Notes: generated by a model from the sequence alone, not told the origin. A stretch of DNA of 42,254 nucleotides from a virus (IMGVR_UViG_3300023174_000305:1-42254); one strand, 5' to 3'; numbered from the stretch's first letter, positions 17,831-27,666 are shown. Numbers and translations are program-made.

Positions 17831-19182
17831 ACTTAGTTCAAATTACGGAACAGTTGAAGAATCCTGCTATCACTGTTCCCCAGTTAATGCAATACGCAAA
17901 CAACTCTAATCCTCAAGTGCCTTCTTATGTTGCCCTTGCAGAAATGCAAAGACGGCAATCTATGCAAGCACCTGCACAAGTTCCTCAAGAGACAGTGAAG
18001 GATCAGCTTGGTGCACAGTTGATGGGTTTACCTGCTGCCCCCGGTGCTGCGCCACAACAGGGAACAGAACAGCCTCCGCAGCCTCCGCAACAACCTCCGC
18101 AGCCTCCGGAACAACCTCCGCAACAGCCTCCACAACAGCCTCCACAAGGAATGCAGCAGCCGCAAATGCCTCAACCCAAACCTGCGCTGCCTATGCAGCC
18201 GGGGATGGCTGGGGGAGGACTTACATCCATCCCTTTAAACATGCATCATGATTTTGCTGCTGGGGGGATTATTGCATTTGCTGGAGGCGGGGAGCCAGAT
18301 CCTTATAGATTAAAAACCCCGATAACAGAAGAAGAGGCAGAAAAAAAACAAAGGGAAGCAGAAACCAAGTATGGTTTTGGCAATGATCCATATGCAGAAG
18401 CTAAACGCCGTTATGCTGAGATTGAAGCTAAACAGAAAGAAGCCGAGAAAGGTGCGGGGTTTGATAGAATAATTGCTTCCCTTGCCGCTATGGGTGGCGG
18501 TGGACCAAGACAGTTTGGCGATGTAATGGCGTCATATGCAAATACATCATCCAAGATGGAAAGCGAACAAAAGAAAGAAGCCGAACAGAATGCCATGAAG
18601 ATGGCAGATCTCCATACCTTGTGGGCTAAAGAACAGGAAGCCATGAACCGCGCTCGGTATGCTGCGGTTACCGGGAAGGTTAAAGAAGAAGAAGAAGCGA
18701 ATCGTGAGATTGCTAAACTTCAACATGCCCGCGCACAAGCTCAAGCTTCAACCACAACGGCTGAAGCTGCCAAGAGAAACGCTGAAGTTAATGTTGGAGA
18801 ACTTGCTCTTAAAGAAACAGAGGCTCCATTTAAACTTGCACTATATAAAGCACAAGCCCTTCGTGAAGGAAGACCGCCCCCAAGCATTGAAGAAACTCTA
18901 CGCTATATGTCTGATCCAAAATATGCAGCAGCATATGATCGAATGCAAGCTGCAAGGACTGGCGAAAAGAGCAGTCTTACTGAAAAAGACATTTGGGAAT
19001 CAAAAGCCAAAAATGATCCTATGTTTGCCCAGCTTCCTATTGATGAGCAGCTTAGACAAGTGCGAGATGCAATGAAACCTGCTACCGGGACAACTGTAGT
19101 AAAGTTGCCTGATGGGAGGTCTTTGTCTTTCCCAACTGCACAAGCAGCAGCCGAGTTTAAAAAGAAAGCCGGAATTCAGTAA
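17827..19182 (+). CDS. putative DNA ejection protein with a Q/P-rich repeat
   Basis: VPSYVALAEMQRR start region, (QPPQ)n linker at about 18067-18150, long A/E/K helices. Confidence 0.6.
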   Translation: MNLVQITEQLKNPAITVPQLMQYANNSNPQVPSYVALAEMQRRQSMQAPAQVPQETVKDQLGAQLMGLPAAPGAAPQQGTEQPPQPPQQPPQPPEQPPQQPPQQPPQGMQQPQMPQPKPALPMQPGMAGGGLTSIPLNMHHDFAAGGIIAFAGGGEPDPYRLKTPITEEEAEKKQREAETKYGFGNDPYAEAKRRYAEIEAKQKEAEKGAGFDRIIASLAAMGGGGPRQFGDVMASYANTSSKMESEQKKEAEQNAMKMADLHTLWAKEQEAMNRARYAAVTGKVKEEEEANREIAKLQHARAQAQASTTTAEAAKRNAEVNVGELALKETEAPFKLALYKAQALREGRPPPSIEETLRYMSDPKYAAAYDRMQAARTGEKSSLTEKDIWESKAKNDPMFAQLPIDEQLRQVRDAMKPATGTTVVKLPDGRSLSFPTAQAAAEFKKKAGIQ

Positions 19183-22100
19183 TGAACTATGACGAACTTG
19201 CCAAGCAGTATGGCGGAACCTTTGTTGGAAGCAACATTGATGATCTAGCCAAGCAGTACGGTGGTAAGTTTGTTGAAGAAACAAAACCTGTAGAACCGAC
19301 TACCGGCTTCACTGGAGCATTTGGTTCCAGTGTAGAACGCCTCAAAGGTCAGGGTGCGTTGCTTGCTGGGAAGGTAGGGATCATGGACCCTGCCGAAGCG
19401 GAGAAATATTACCGCGAGCAAGAAAAGAAAGCAGGTGCGTTTAAACCAACAGAGAAGGGTTGGGGTGAAGCTCCGCTTACAAAGGTGGCTGAACTTGCAG
19501 GGCAGTCCATTCCTTATATGGTTGCGCCTATTGTTGCCGGGGCAGCAGGTGCTGTTGCCGCGCCTGAACTGGCTGTTGCAGGTCTTGGCGCAGGTACTTT
19601 AGCTGCTTTTGGAACCAGTGCTGGGCAGTTCACTGCCAGTAACCTTGGGCGGCAGATGGACACCGGGAAGAGCTTGGCAGACACCAATCTGCTTAAAGCA
19701 GGTGCTGCCGCGATCCCACAAGCTGCTCTTGACACCATCTCAATGAAGATGGCTCCGGGCATCGGGCGTATCTTTGAATCAGCAGGAATTAAACTTACGC
19801 AAGACACTGCGGAACAGATTGCTAAGAAAGGACTTCTAGCAAATGCTGGAGAACTTGCCTATGCAACAGGCAAACACGCAGGGACTGAAGGTCTTACTGA
19901 ATCAGCGCAGCAGGTATTTGAACGGCTGCAAGCCGGTTTAAACATCACAAATGAAGAAGCTCGCAAAGAATATTTTGAGAACTTCATTGGCGGTGCTGTA
20001 CTGGGTGGGACAATAGGTGGTGCTGGTCATGTGTATGAGAAAGCGTTCCCTAAAACTGACAAGCCAGAGACACAACCAAATGCACCGGCTGTTCCAAAGA
20101 CATATTTAAACGAAGAGACTGACTATAAACATCCAGTCCACAATCCAACTGGGATGTTCACTGCTGCCGAGCTTGGTGATGTTGCACAGCAAGTTAACAA
20201 TGTCCGAGAAGCTGAAGGCAAGCCCCTGCTGCGGTCTTTTTCCATCGAAGACCTGCATGATGCCAAGATAGGTCAGGACGTCATAGACGGGCTTGTAGCA
20301 GCCAAAACGGGGTATCAGGGACAGGAAGTCACTCCTCAAACTGTGATTGATGCTGCCCAGAATATAGATACATCATCCAAAGGGTTCACGGATTTCCTAG
20401 CCCGGACAACAGGTAAATCCAACCTCACGGAGATGACTCCTCCTGAGTTGCATGCTGCTGTTACCGCGCTCAATGGCTTGCAGGGAATCACGGAGCTTCC
20501 AGAAGGAACTAACTCCCACGCATTTAAACGGTCTGACTATGATCAGGCCATTCAAAACCTTTCCGGTTCGTTGCAGACCAACCCCTTTATGGGACCAACT
20601 AGTGTCATCCATGAGATCAAGACTAGTCTCAACACATCGGATGAAATCGCAGATCAAATTCTAAAAGCTGCACTGCGTAACAAAGAACTCACTATCACCA
20701 CCACGCCGCATTACGACTTGACTGATGCCGAGGGCAAGGTGGTGTTCTCTACCCCGGTCAAGGCGGTAGCAGACAGTGCAGCCAGCAAGCATGGTTTAAA
20801 CGTTATTGAGAGTTCCAGCGAGGCTATTCATCTGCCCACCACTGAGATCAAGTCAGAAGATCTTGAAGGCCCGGATGCGCCTGCTGAATATGAACTCAGG
20901 GCAGGCAATCAGTTGCTTGACAGGTTTAAATCTGAAGATGATGCGTTTACAAAAGCTCAAGAGTTTCAAAAGGTAAGGGCTACGCGCAAAGCTGCTGCCC
21001 GCGATGAAAGGATTGAAGCTCTTGCTGAAGTGGATGCAGATGCAAAAAAGATCGAGGAGATGGCTGCTCTTGGTAAGAGAGACACTCCAGAATATGAACA
21101 AGCAGTTGCAAAAGCTGAAGCCAAAGCTGAACAGAGCATGGCTAAAGCAAAAGCTCTTGAGCTTGAGCAACTGGAATTGGACGCGCCGGTATCAGTTCTT
21201 CCCTATACAGCAAAGGCAGTCTTTAATCGTGAAGCACAGGGTAAAGCTCTAGACCTAGCTAAAGATCTGCATCCACAACTGAAGCGGTTTGGTCTTGAGA
21301 ATGTTTCCCTGCGTGTTGTGGATAGCATTCGCAACGGCACGGCAGACGGTGAGTACGCACAGAACCTCATCACAATTGCGATGGATGCTGATAACCCGCT
21401 TGGGGTACTGCGTCATGAGTCCATTCACGCTCTGAAAGAACTCGGTGCTTTTACAGATGCTGAGTGGAAAGTTCTTACCGAACGCGCTCGGAAAGAATGG
21501 ATTCCTAAGTACATCCAAGAAACTGGTTTGTATGATGAGTATTACAAACAGTACACAAGTCAAACAGGATCTGATGCCGGGTTTCAAGAATACATCGAAG
21601 AAGAAGCCATCGCAGAAGCGTTTAAACACTTCTCGGTTAAACCGCCTGCCGGGTTGCTCGGTAACCTTGTCTATCGTTTAAAGCAGTTCTTCGCTGCGCT
21701 AAAGGCTGCGTTTAAAAAGCAAGGGTTTAACACCGCAGACAGCATCTTTGGTCGCATCGAGGAAGGGAAGGTTCGTCCTACCTTAGCTCCCGGCACTTCA
21801 AATGGGAAGTATTCAATTATATCTTTGACAGAAGCTCTTCGTAAAAAAGAAGAAAAAGAAGACGAAGATTTTGACAAAACAATGGCTGACTATCAGTTTG
21901 CCAATCAATTAAACAAACAGGAAAAGGCTTTAAAAGATGCCTATAAGTTTATAAATGAAAACAAAGATACATTTGAGATTGCACAAAAGGTAAAAGACCT
22001 TCAACTCTTTGATTTTGATTCTTTTGCAGAAAAGCAAGGAGTAAGATTTTACGACATAGACGGGCTGGATACTGCATTAAACAATTACAAAAAAGTATAC

Positions 22101-25100
22101 AGCGATGCGGATAAAATTTTTCAAAACTGGCAAACATTAAAAGACAGAAATCAATTGTACGAAGGAGGAGTCTGGGCTAACAATATAGACTATTACTTAA
22201 AAGATCAAGAAAGCTATATAAAATCTGCAAATGATTATGTTGATGCAGTTCGTGAATACCAAAAGACTGCTAACAAAAAGAGTGCATATGTTCGCCGTGA
22301 ATTGGCGGAGCTAAACAAAATCCTTCCGCCGGTAACAGAACTTAAGGTTAAGAAAACCAAAGCCAAGCAACAAGAAGGGCAGGTACTGCCGTTTGTTAGA
22401 CCGCAGAAGTTTGAGCGGTTTAGTCTTCGTTCAGAGCGAGATGCTTCAGACACGTTTGGCGCTGGTGCAAAACGGGTTAAGTATACGGATGAACAAAGCA
22501 ATGGAACTATAGAAGTAGTTGTCCGTTCAGATGGAAGCGCATCTGTTCTTAACCTTGAAGTTCCAGAAGAATTTCGCGGCAAAGGGTTTGGGAAAAAACT
22601 TCAAGCTAAAATATTAGAAGACTTCCCTAAAATGCAAGGGCAAGTGTCTTCTAAAGCTGCTGCTAAAACTGCTTATGATTTAGGAAGAAGACCTCCGGGC
22701 AAACCTAATGCCACATTAGAAGATGTCTTTAAGTCTATTGACAAAGATTCTTCTGTTAATTTGGTTTCTCCTGATATGCAAGGAAGGTTTAGTCTTAGGG
22801 GGGTTAAGGCTCCAGAAGGAACCAATCTTAAGGCAGCAACTGTTGGCTTGACTGAAGAAAGAATAAACGACCTAGTGCGTGAGTATGGCTATACCGATGG
22901 GCGATTTAAAGCTGAAGTTGTTTACGTCAAACCGCAAGAGTTTTTAGATGCGGTGGCTGATCGTGCTTATCAAACCCGCCTGAAAGAAGAAACAGAGAAA
23001 TACGGCAAGCCTGACTTTGCTCAGTATGCGCCAATGAACCTTCAGGTTAGAGATGGGAAGATCGTTAACCATGAGGGAAGGCACAGAGCTTTAGAGCTAG
23101 TAAATGCTGGCGTGGATAAAGTTGCTATTGTTCTTTACAGAAACGATGGTTCACTTAAACGTTTCCCTAAAGTCTTGTCTCCGCAAGATCAAGGAGCACA
23201 TACTGGCTTTAAGTCTTTGCATGTTGAAAACGCAATACCAACTACATACGAAAATTTAAACAAATTAAAAGAAACGTTTGTTGAAAAACCGGAAGTCAGA
23301 TACAGCCTTCGTGCGCCTCAGACCGAAGCGTTCAAGAAGTGGTTTGGCAAAAGCAAGATTGTTGACTCCAACGGCGAACCTAAAGTCATGTACCACGGCA
23401 CTGCGCGGGACATTACTGAGTTCAAGCCAAAGCAAGCTGATGCTATCTTTTTGACACCTGATCCAGAGTTTGCAGCAAAATTTGCTGGAATGTCTGAAGA
23501 TTACATGGAGAATGAGTTTTACAAAAACCTTTCAAGCAAAGAAAAACAGCATTTGTTTCTTTTAGTAATGGAAGAGAACAAAGACAATTACATAAAAGAC
23601 TATGGTAATGAATGGTATGAAGATGCAATTGATACCATAAAGTATTCTCAGTCTTTGTATACATCATCCGGTATTCGCACCTTGCCAACTCATTTTGGCG
23701 TAGGTGCAAAAATGTTTACAAGCGACTTAAAGAAAAAGATAGCACTTAATCTTGAATCTCGCGCAAACATAATGCCCGTATATGTACGGGCAGAGAACCC
23801 GTTTGATTACGAAAACAAACGGCATTACAGGATTTTGCTTGAAGACAATGACCTTGATGAATCAGTTCTTAATGAAATGATGCATGGCGATTGGGAGACT
23901 ATTGAGTCGGATTTGGTTCAAGAAGCAATTCAAAATTCTGGGTTTGACGGGTTTTATATTAAAGAAAATGGCGTAAAGAACCTTGCCGTTTATGAGTCCA
24001 ATCAAATAAAGTCTGCCACTGGAAACATTGGTACATACGACATCAATAACCCTGATATCCGGTTTAGCCTTCGCGCTCCTGACACCAAAGAGTTTAAAAA
24101 GTTCTTTGGTAACAGCAAGGTTGTTGACAAAGATGGAAACCCGGAAGTCCTGTATCACGGCACTACAAACGACTTCTCTGAGTTTGATAACCTGTACACC
24201 ATAGGCCAGCATTTTGGGACTGCAAAGGCAGCTAATGACCGTTTAAAGCACATTGCTTATAAAAGACGGATGCAAGGGTTTAAGAACCTTAAAGAAGCTG
24301 AAGGAATACCAGAAGGCGCAAACATCATGCCTGTGTTTGTTAGTCTGCAAAATCCTTTGCAAGCCGAAGATGTTGGCAATTGGATGGATTCAGCCAATAT
24401 TGCAGTAGATAATAGTGAAAATAAACAATTGTCTAAAAATGCTAGAAAAAAGTTAAGCGAGTTGGCTGATGAGCTTGAAGATGAACGCAGTCAGTTTGAT
24501 TTAGAAGAACTCCCGTATGAAGATTTTTCAGATGAAGATGGCAATCCAGCACCTGTTCCAGATTGGGCAAACAACTGGACGGTTTCAGATGAAAACAGAC
24601 GCGCTCTTAGAGAGATTAGGTATATTCTGGAAGAAGACGGGTTTGATGGAATCGTTTATACCAATGACGTAGAAGATAAAGGAAAGAAATCTTACATTGT
24701 ATTTGACTCGGAGAACGTAAAGTCTGCTACTGGAAACATTGGCACATACGACAAAGAGTTTAGAGATGTTCGATTCAGCATTCGTGCTCAAGTCTCTCCT
24801 GCTATCACTGCCCGTGTTGATACTGTTTCCCCGGCTCGCGTAGAAAAAGGATTCGTCGAACGTATCCTATTGTCAGTGTTCCCTGAAAGCGCAGCCAAGT
24901 TCCGTATCGGGTACATCAATGCGCTAGAAGGGATTGAGCGTCAGACCAAAGCAAAAGCTGAACAGTTTGGCAACCTTGAACTACTGGCAGATGTATCCGC
25001 GCTGGCAGCAGCTAACCAGTCCCAACGCGCAGCAGGTATCGCGGCAGCAGCCTTCCAGCATGGCGTACCTGTTTACTCCAGAGGTCGCACTACCGTTAGT

Positions 25101-27422
25101 GATTTAAACGGTTCCGTTAAAGGTCTGTTGGATGTTTTGCAACCGTTGATGGCATTGAAAGACCCGGAGGTATTCCGTTACTTCCAGTTCTATGCAGGGG
25201 TTAAACGCGGGCAGCGGCTGCTTCGCTCAGGCAAAGAAAAACTCTTTGAACAAGCAGATGCTCAAAAGGGTCGTGACCTTGAGCGTCAGTTCCCTGTGTT
25301 CAGACAAGTGTTTGATGACTTCCAAGCCTATAACAAAGGGCAGGTCAAATACATGCGAGACACTGGAGTTATTTCTCCAGCGGAAGAAAGAATCTGGACG
25401 CAGAACTGGGACTACATTCCTTTCTACCGTCAGCTTGATGATGAAGTGACTCAGGGTCCTAAGATCTTCTCTTCGATCTCTGGTGTTGCCAAGCCGAAGG
25501 AACTGACTGGTTCCGCGCAGTACGTTGTCTATGACGCCAACGGCAACGAGGTGGGTGCGTATAAACAGCAAGCTGAAGCTAACCAGCATGCTGCCCGTGT
25601 AAACGGTACAGTGCAGCTTGAAGGTACCCCGCTTGCCGACTTCATCGAAACGGTTGTGCGTAACTCCCGTGCAGCTATTGAAGCAGGTCTGAAGAACGAA
25701 GCTTGTCGTAGAGCTATCCGAGATTCTGTTGCGCTTGGTACTGCTACCCGCTTACCAAATGTGCAAGCAGGGACAGACGTTATCAATTACAAGGAGAACG
25801 GGAAGACTGTGTACTACCGAGTACATGACCCGTTGCTTGTTGAATCCTTAAAGGGTTTAAACCTGCCACAAGTTCCCATGTTGGGACTGTTTACCGGGCC
25901 AGCTAGAATTTTGCGGGAAGCGGTGACCAAGACCCCGGACTTCGGCATCGTAAACTTAATGCGTGACTCTCTGTCTACTTGGATTACAAGTGGCAGCAAG
26001 ATGACCCCGATTGTTGATTCGTTTAAACAAGCGGGAAAGATCCTAGCCAACCGAAGCCCGGAAGCAGTTGAACTAGCAAAGATGGGCTTGGGTGGGTATG
26101 ACTTTCAAGGAGATGTCAAAGCATCTGCTGAAGAATTCACCAAAGAACTTAGAGCAAGAACCGGGAATCGGACAAAGGCAGAACAAGCTCTTCTGCCCAT
26201 ATCCAAATTCTGGGACATGCTAGAGAAAGGCTCTTACGCATCTGATATGGCTACCCGTGTCGAAGTGTATAAACGGGTACTGGCTGATACAGGAAACGAA
26301 GCAGAAGCGTGGCATCAGGCTCTAGAGATTCTTAACTTCTCCCGCCGTGGTAACTCTCAGTTCATCCGGGTGCTATCGGCTATTGTGCCGTTCTTGAATG
26401 CTCGCATCCAAGGTCTTGACGTTCTTTATCGCTCAGGCTTTGGTCAAGCGGCAATGGTCAACAAAGAAGAAATGCGTAAAGCATTCTGGATTCGTTCGTT
26501 GATCTTGCTTGGTCTAACCGGCATGTATTGGGCAATGGTCCATGATGACGATGAATACAAAAAGCTCACCAACGAAGAACGGGATAACTACTGGATCATC
26601 CCCGGACTAACTGTTAACGGGCGTCCGTTCAGGTTCCCGATTCCGTTTGAACTTGGCACTATCTTCAAGGTGTTTCCAGAACGCATCTTGGAAGCCACAC
26701 TGGGTCAAGACACCAACCAAGACTTCATGAAAGCATTTAAACGCAATGTGATGTCTAACCTTTCGTTTAACCCCGTCCCTGTGGCTGCATTGCCAATCAT
26801 GGAGAACTGGTTTAACTACTCAGTGTTCACTGATCGCCCCGTGGTTGGTAGGGGGTTAGAAGGTCTTGCACCTGAAGCTCAGTACACCTCGTCTACATCA
26901 GAGTTTGCAAAAGACCTTGGCAAGATCATAGGGTATTCACCTATCAAGATTGATCACTTGATTCGCGGGTACACAGGCAACATGGGCATGTACGCTACAA
27001 GCATGCTTGATACTGTGCTTGCCAGCCAAGATGATCCTGTACGCGCTACAAAGAGATTTGAGCAACTGCCTGTTATTAAGAGGTTCTTCTCAACGGACTC
27101 TGGCAGCATCGAGGCGTTCTATGCTCTCAAAGGCGAAGTGGATGAAACTGTACGGACAGTGAATAACATGTCTCGTACCAATCCGCAGGAACTCAAAGAG
27201 TACCTCGACCAGAAACATTTAAACCTGTACGGTCTGCGGTCCTACATCAACGTGATGTCCAACTACATGGATAACATCCGTGCTGCCCGGAACGCAATTA
27301 ATTTAAACAAGAACCTGACTGCTGATGAAAAGCAAGAGCGATTGGAAAGGCTACATCAAGCAGAAGTTAAAGTGACTGAAAACATCAGGGCGCTTCGGAA
27401 ACGATTTGAACAACCTTCTTAA
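19182..27422 (+). CDS. large polyvalent internal virion protein: zincin metallopeptidase, GNAT, ParB-like, two ADP-ribosyltransferase-like domains, C-terminal LPD38-like region
   Basis: 2746 aa. HESIH at 21414-21428 with downstream EEEAIAEAF; GNAT-type VPEEFRGKGFG; ParB-type NHEGRHRA; two copies of FKKxFG.SK.VD..G.P.V.YHGT...NIMPV...GFDG...KSATGNIGTYD; C-terminal ERDNYWIIP...FPIPFELG. Confidence 0.8.
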   Translation: MNYDELAKQYGGTFVGSNIDDLAKQYGGKFVEETKPVEPTTGFTGAFGSSVERLKGQGALLAGKVGIMDPAEAEKYYREQEKKAGAFKPTEKGWGEAPLTKVAELAGQSIPYMVAPIVAGAAGAVAAPELAVAGLGAGTLAAFGTSAGQFTASNLGRQMDTGKSLADTNLLKAGAAAIPQAALDTISMKMAPGIGRIFESAGIKLTQDTAEQIAKKGLLANAGELAYATGKHAGTEGLTESAQQVFERLQAGLNITNEEARKEYFENFIGGAVLGGTIGGAGHVYEKAFPKTDKPETQPNAPAVPKTYLNEETDYKHPVHNPTGMFTAAELGDVAQQVNNVREAEGKPLLRSFSIEDLHDAKIGQDVIDGLVAAKTGYQGQEVTPQTVIDAAQNIDTSSKGFTDFLARTTGKSNLTEMTPPELHAAVTALNGLQGITELPEGTNSHAFKRSDYDQAIQNLSGSLQTNPFMGPTSVIHEIKTSLNTSDEIADQILKAALRNKELTITTTPHYDLTDAEGKVVFSTPVKAVADSAASKHGLNVIESSSEAIHLPTTEIKSEDLEGPDAPAEYELRAGNQLLDRFKSEDDAFTKAQEFQKVRATRKAAARDERIEALAEVDADAKKIEEMAALGKRDTPEYEQAVAKAEAKAEQSMAKAKALELEQLELDAPVSVLPYTAKAVFNREAQGKALDLAKDLHPQLKRFGLENVSLRVVDSIRNGTADGEYAQNLITIAMDADNPLGVLRHESIHALKELGAFTDAEWKVLTERARKEWIPKYIQETGLYDEYYKQYTSQTGSDAGFQEYIEEEAIAEAFKHFSVKPPAGLLGNLVYRLKQFFAALKAAFKKQGFNTADSIFGRIEEGKVRPTLAPGTSNGKYSIISLTEALRKKEEKEDEDFDKTMADYQFANQLNKQEKALKDAYKFINENKDTFEIAQKVKDLQLFDFDSFAEKQGVRFYDIDGLDTALNNYKKVYSDADKIFQNWQTLKDRNQLYEGGVWANNIDYYLKDQESYIKSANDYVDAVREYQKTANKKSAYVRRELAELNKILPPVTELKVKKTKAKQQEGQVLPFVRPQKFERFSLRSERDASDTFGAGAKRVKYTDEQSNGTIEVVVRSDGSASVLNLEVPEEFRGKGFGKKLQAKILEDFPKMQGQVSSKAAAKTAYDLGRRPPGKPNATLEDVFKSIDKDSSVNLVSPDMQGRFSLRGVKAPEGTNLKAATVGLTEERINDLVREYGYTDGRFKAEVVYVKPQEFLDAVADRAYQTRLKEETEKYGKPDFAQYAPMNLQVRDGKIVNHEGRHRALELVNAGVDKVAIVLYRNDGSLKRFPKVLSPQDQGAHTGFKSLHVENAIPTTYENLNKLKETFVEKPEVRYSLRAPQTEAFKKWFGKSKIVDSNGEPKVMYHGTARDITEFKPKQADAIFLTPDPEFAAKFAGMSEDYMENEFYKNLSSKEKQHLFLLVMEENKDNYIKDYGNEWYEDAIDTIKYSQSLYTSSGIRTLPTHFGVGAKMFTSDLKKKIALNLESRANIMPVYVRAENPFDYENKRHYRILLEDNDLDESVLNEMMHGDWETIESDLVQEAIQNSGFDGFYIKENGVKNLAVYESNQIKSATGNIGTYDINNPDIRFSLRAPDTKEFKKFFGNSKVVDKDGNPEVLYHGTTNDFSEFDNLYTIGQHFGTAKAANDRLKHIAYKRRMQGFKNLKEAEGIPEGANIMPVFVSLQNPLQAEDVGNWMDSANIAVDNSENKQLSKNARKKLSELADELEDERSQFDLEELPYEDFSDEDGNPAPVPDWANNWTVSDENRRALREIRYILEEDGFDGIVYTNDVEDKGKKSYIVFDSENVKSATGNIGTYDKEFRDVRFSIRAQVSPAITARVDTVSPARVEKGFVERILLSVFPESAAKFRIGYINALEGIERQTKAKAEQFGNLELLADVSALAAANQSQRAAGIAAAAFQHGVPVYSRGRTTVSDLNGSVKGLLDVLQPLMALKDPEVFRYFQFYAGVKRGQRLLRSGKEKLFEQADAQKGRDLERQFPVFRQVFDDFQAYNKGQVKYMRDTGVISPAEERIWTQNWDYIPFYRQLDDEVTQGPKIFSSISGVAKPKELTGSAQYVVYDANGNEVGAYKQQAEANQHAARVNGTVQLEGTPLADFIETVVRNSRAAIEAGLKNEACRRAIRDSVALGTATRLPNVQAGTDVINYKENGKTVYYRVHDPLLVESLKGLNLPQVPMLGLFTGPARILREAVTKTPDFGIVNLMRDSLSTWITSGSKMTPIVDSFKQAGKILANRSPEAVELAKMGLGGYDFQGDVKASAEEFTKELRARTGNRTKAEQALLPISKFWDMLEKGSYASDMATRVEVYKRVLADTGNEAEAWHQALEILNFSRRGNSQFIRVLSAIVPFLNARIQGLDVLYRSGFGQAAMVNKEEMRKAFWIRSLILLGLTGMYWAMVHDDDEYKKLTNEERDNYWIIPGLTVNGRPFRFPIPFELGTIFKVFPERILEATLGQDTNQDFMKAFKRNVMSNLSFNPVPVAALPIMENWFNYSVFTDRPVVGRGLEGLAPEAQYTSSTSEFAKDLGKIIGYSPIKIDHLIRGYTGNMGMYATSMLDTVLASQDDPVRATKRFEQLPVIKRFFSTDSGSIEAFYALKGEVDETVRTVNNMSRTNPQELKEYLDQKHLNLYGLRSYINVMSNYMDNIRAARNAINLNKNLTADEKQERLERLHQAEVKVTENIRALRKRFEQPS

Positions 27423-27666
27423 ACAGGTCCCATTCGCTTCCGTAGCGGCGTTCAAACTCTGCCTTGTATGGATGCCTCGATACCACGCGGGGCGTGTTGT
27501 AGCCCAGTCTATGGTGCGCCGGACACAGTGGGATAGTGTGTAGATCATCCACTCTACGCCCGTTGCGATGTATGTGATGTATGTCAGGAGGAGAGTAGAC
27601 ACCTTCCTCCAGACACACGATGCATCCTAGATCAACTAGCTTGCTGAACCATTTCTTTGGCGGCAT
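27385..27666 (-). CDS. ref: Ref-like (RecA-dependent) HNH endonuclease
   Basis: LGCIVC...DIHHI...TIPLCPAHHR...SRHPYKAEFERRYGSE matches the P1 Ref family pattern. Confidence 0.75.
   Translation of the reverse strand: MPPKKWFSKLVDLGCIVCLEEGVYSPPDIHHIHRNGRRVDDLHTIPLCPAHHRLGYNTPRVVSRHPYKAEFERRYGSEWDLFKKVVQIVSEAP

Noticed and set aside
24007-24753. Near-identical repeats as a diversity-generating retroelement TR/VR pair
   Set aside because: They are only 36 bp with two synonymous C/T differences, both lie in coding sequence, and there is no reverse transcriptase in the window.
21807-24785. Cassettes as inteins or introns
   Set aside because: There are no Cys/Ser...His-Asn splice motifs or homing-endonuclease signatures at the boundaries, and the frame is continuous.
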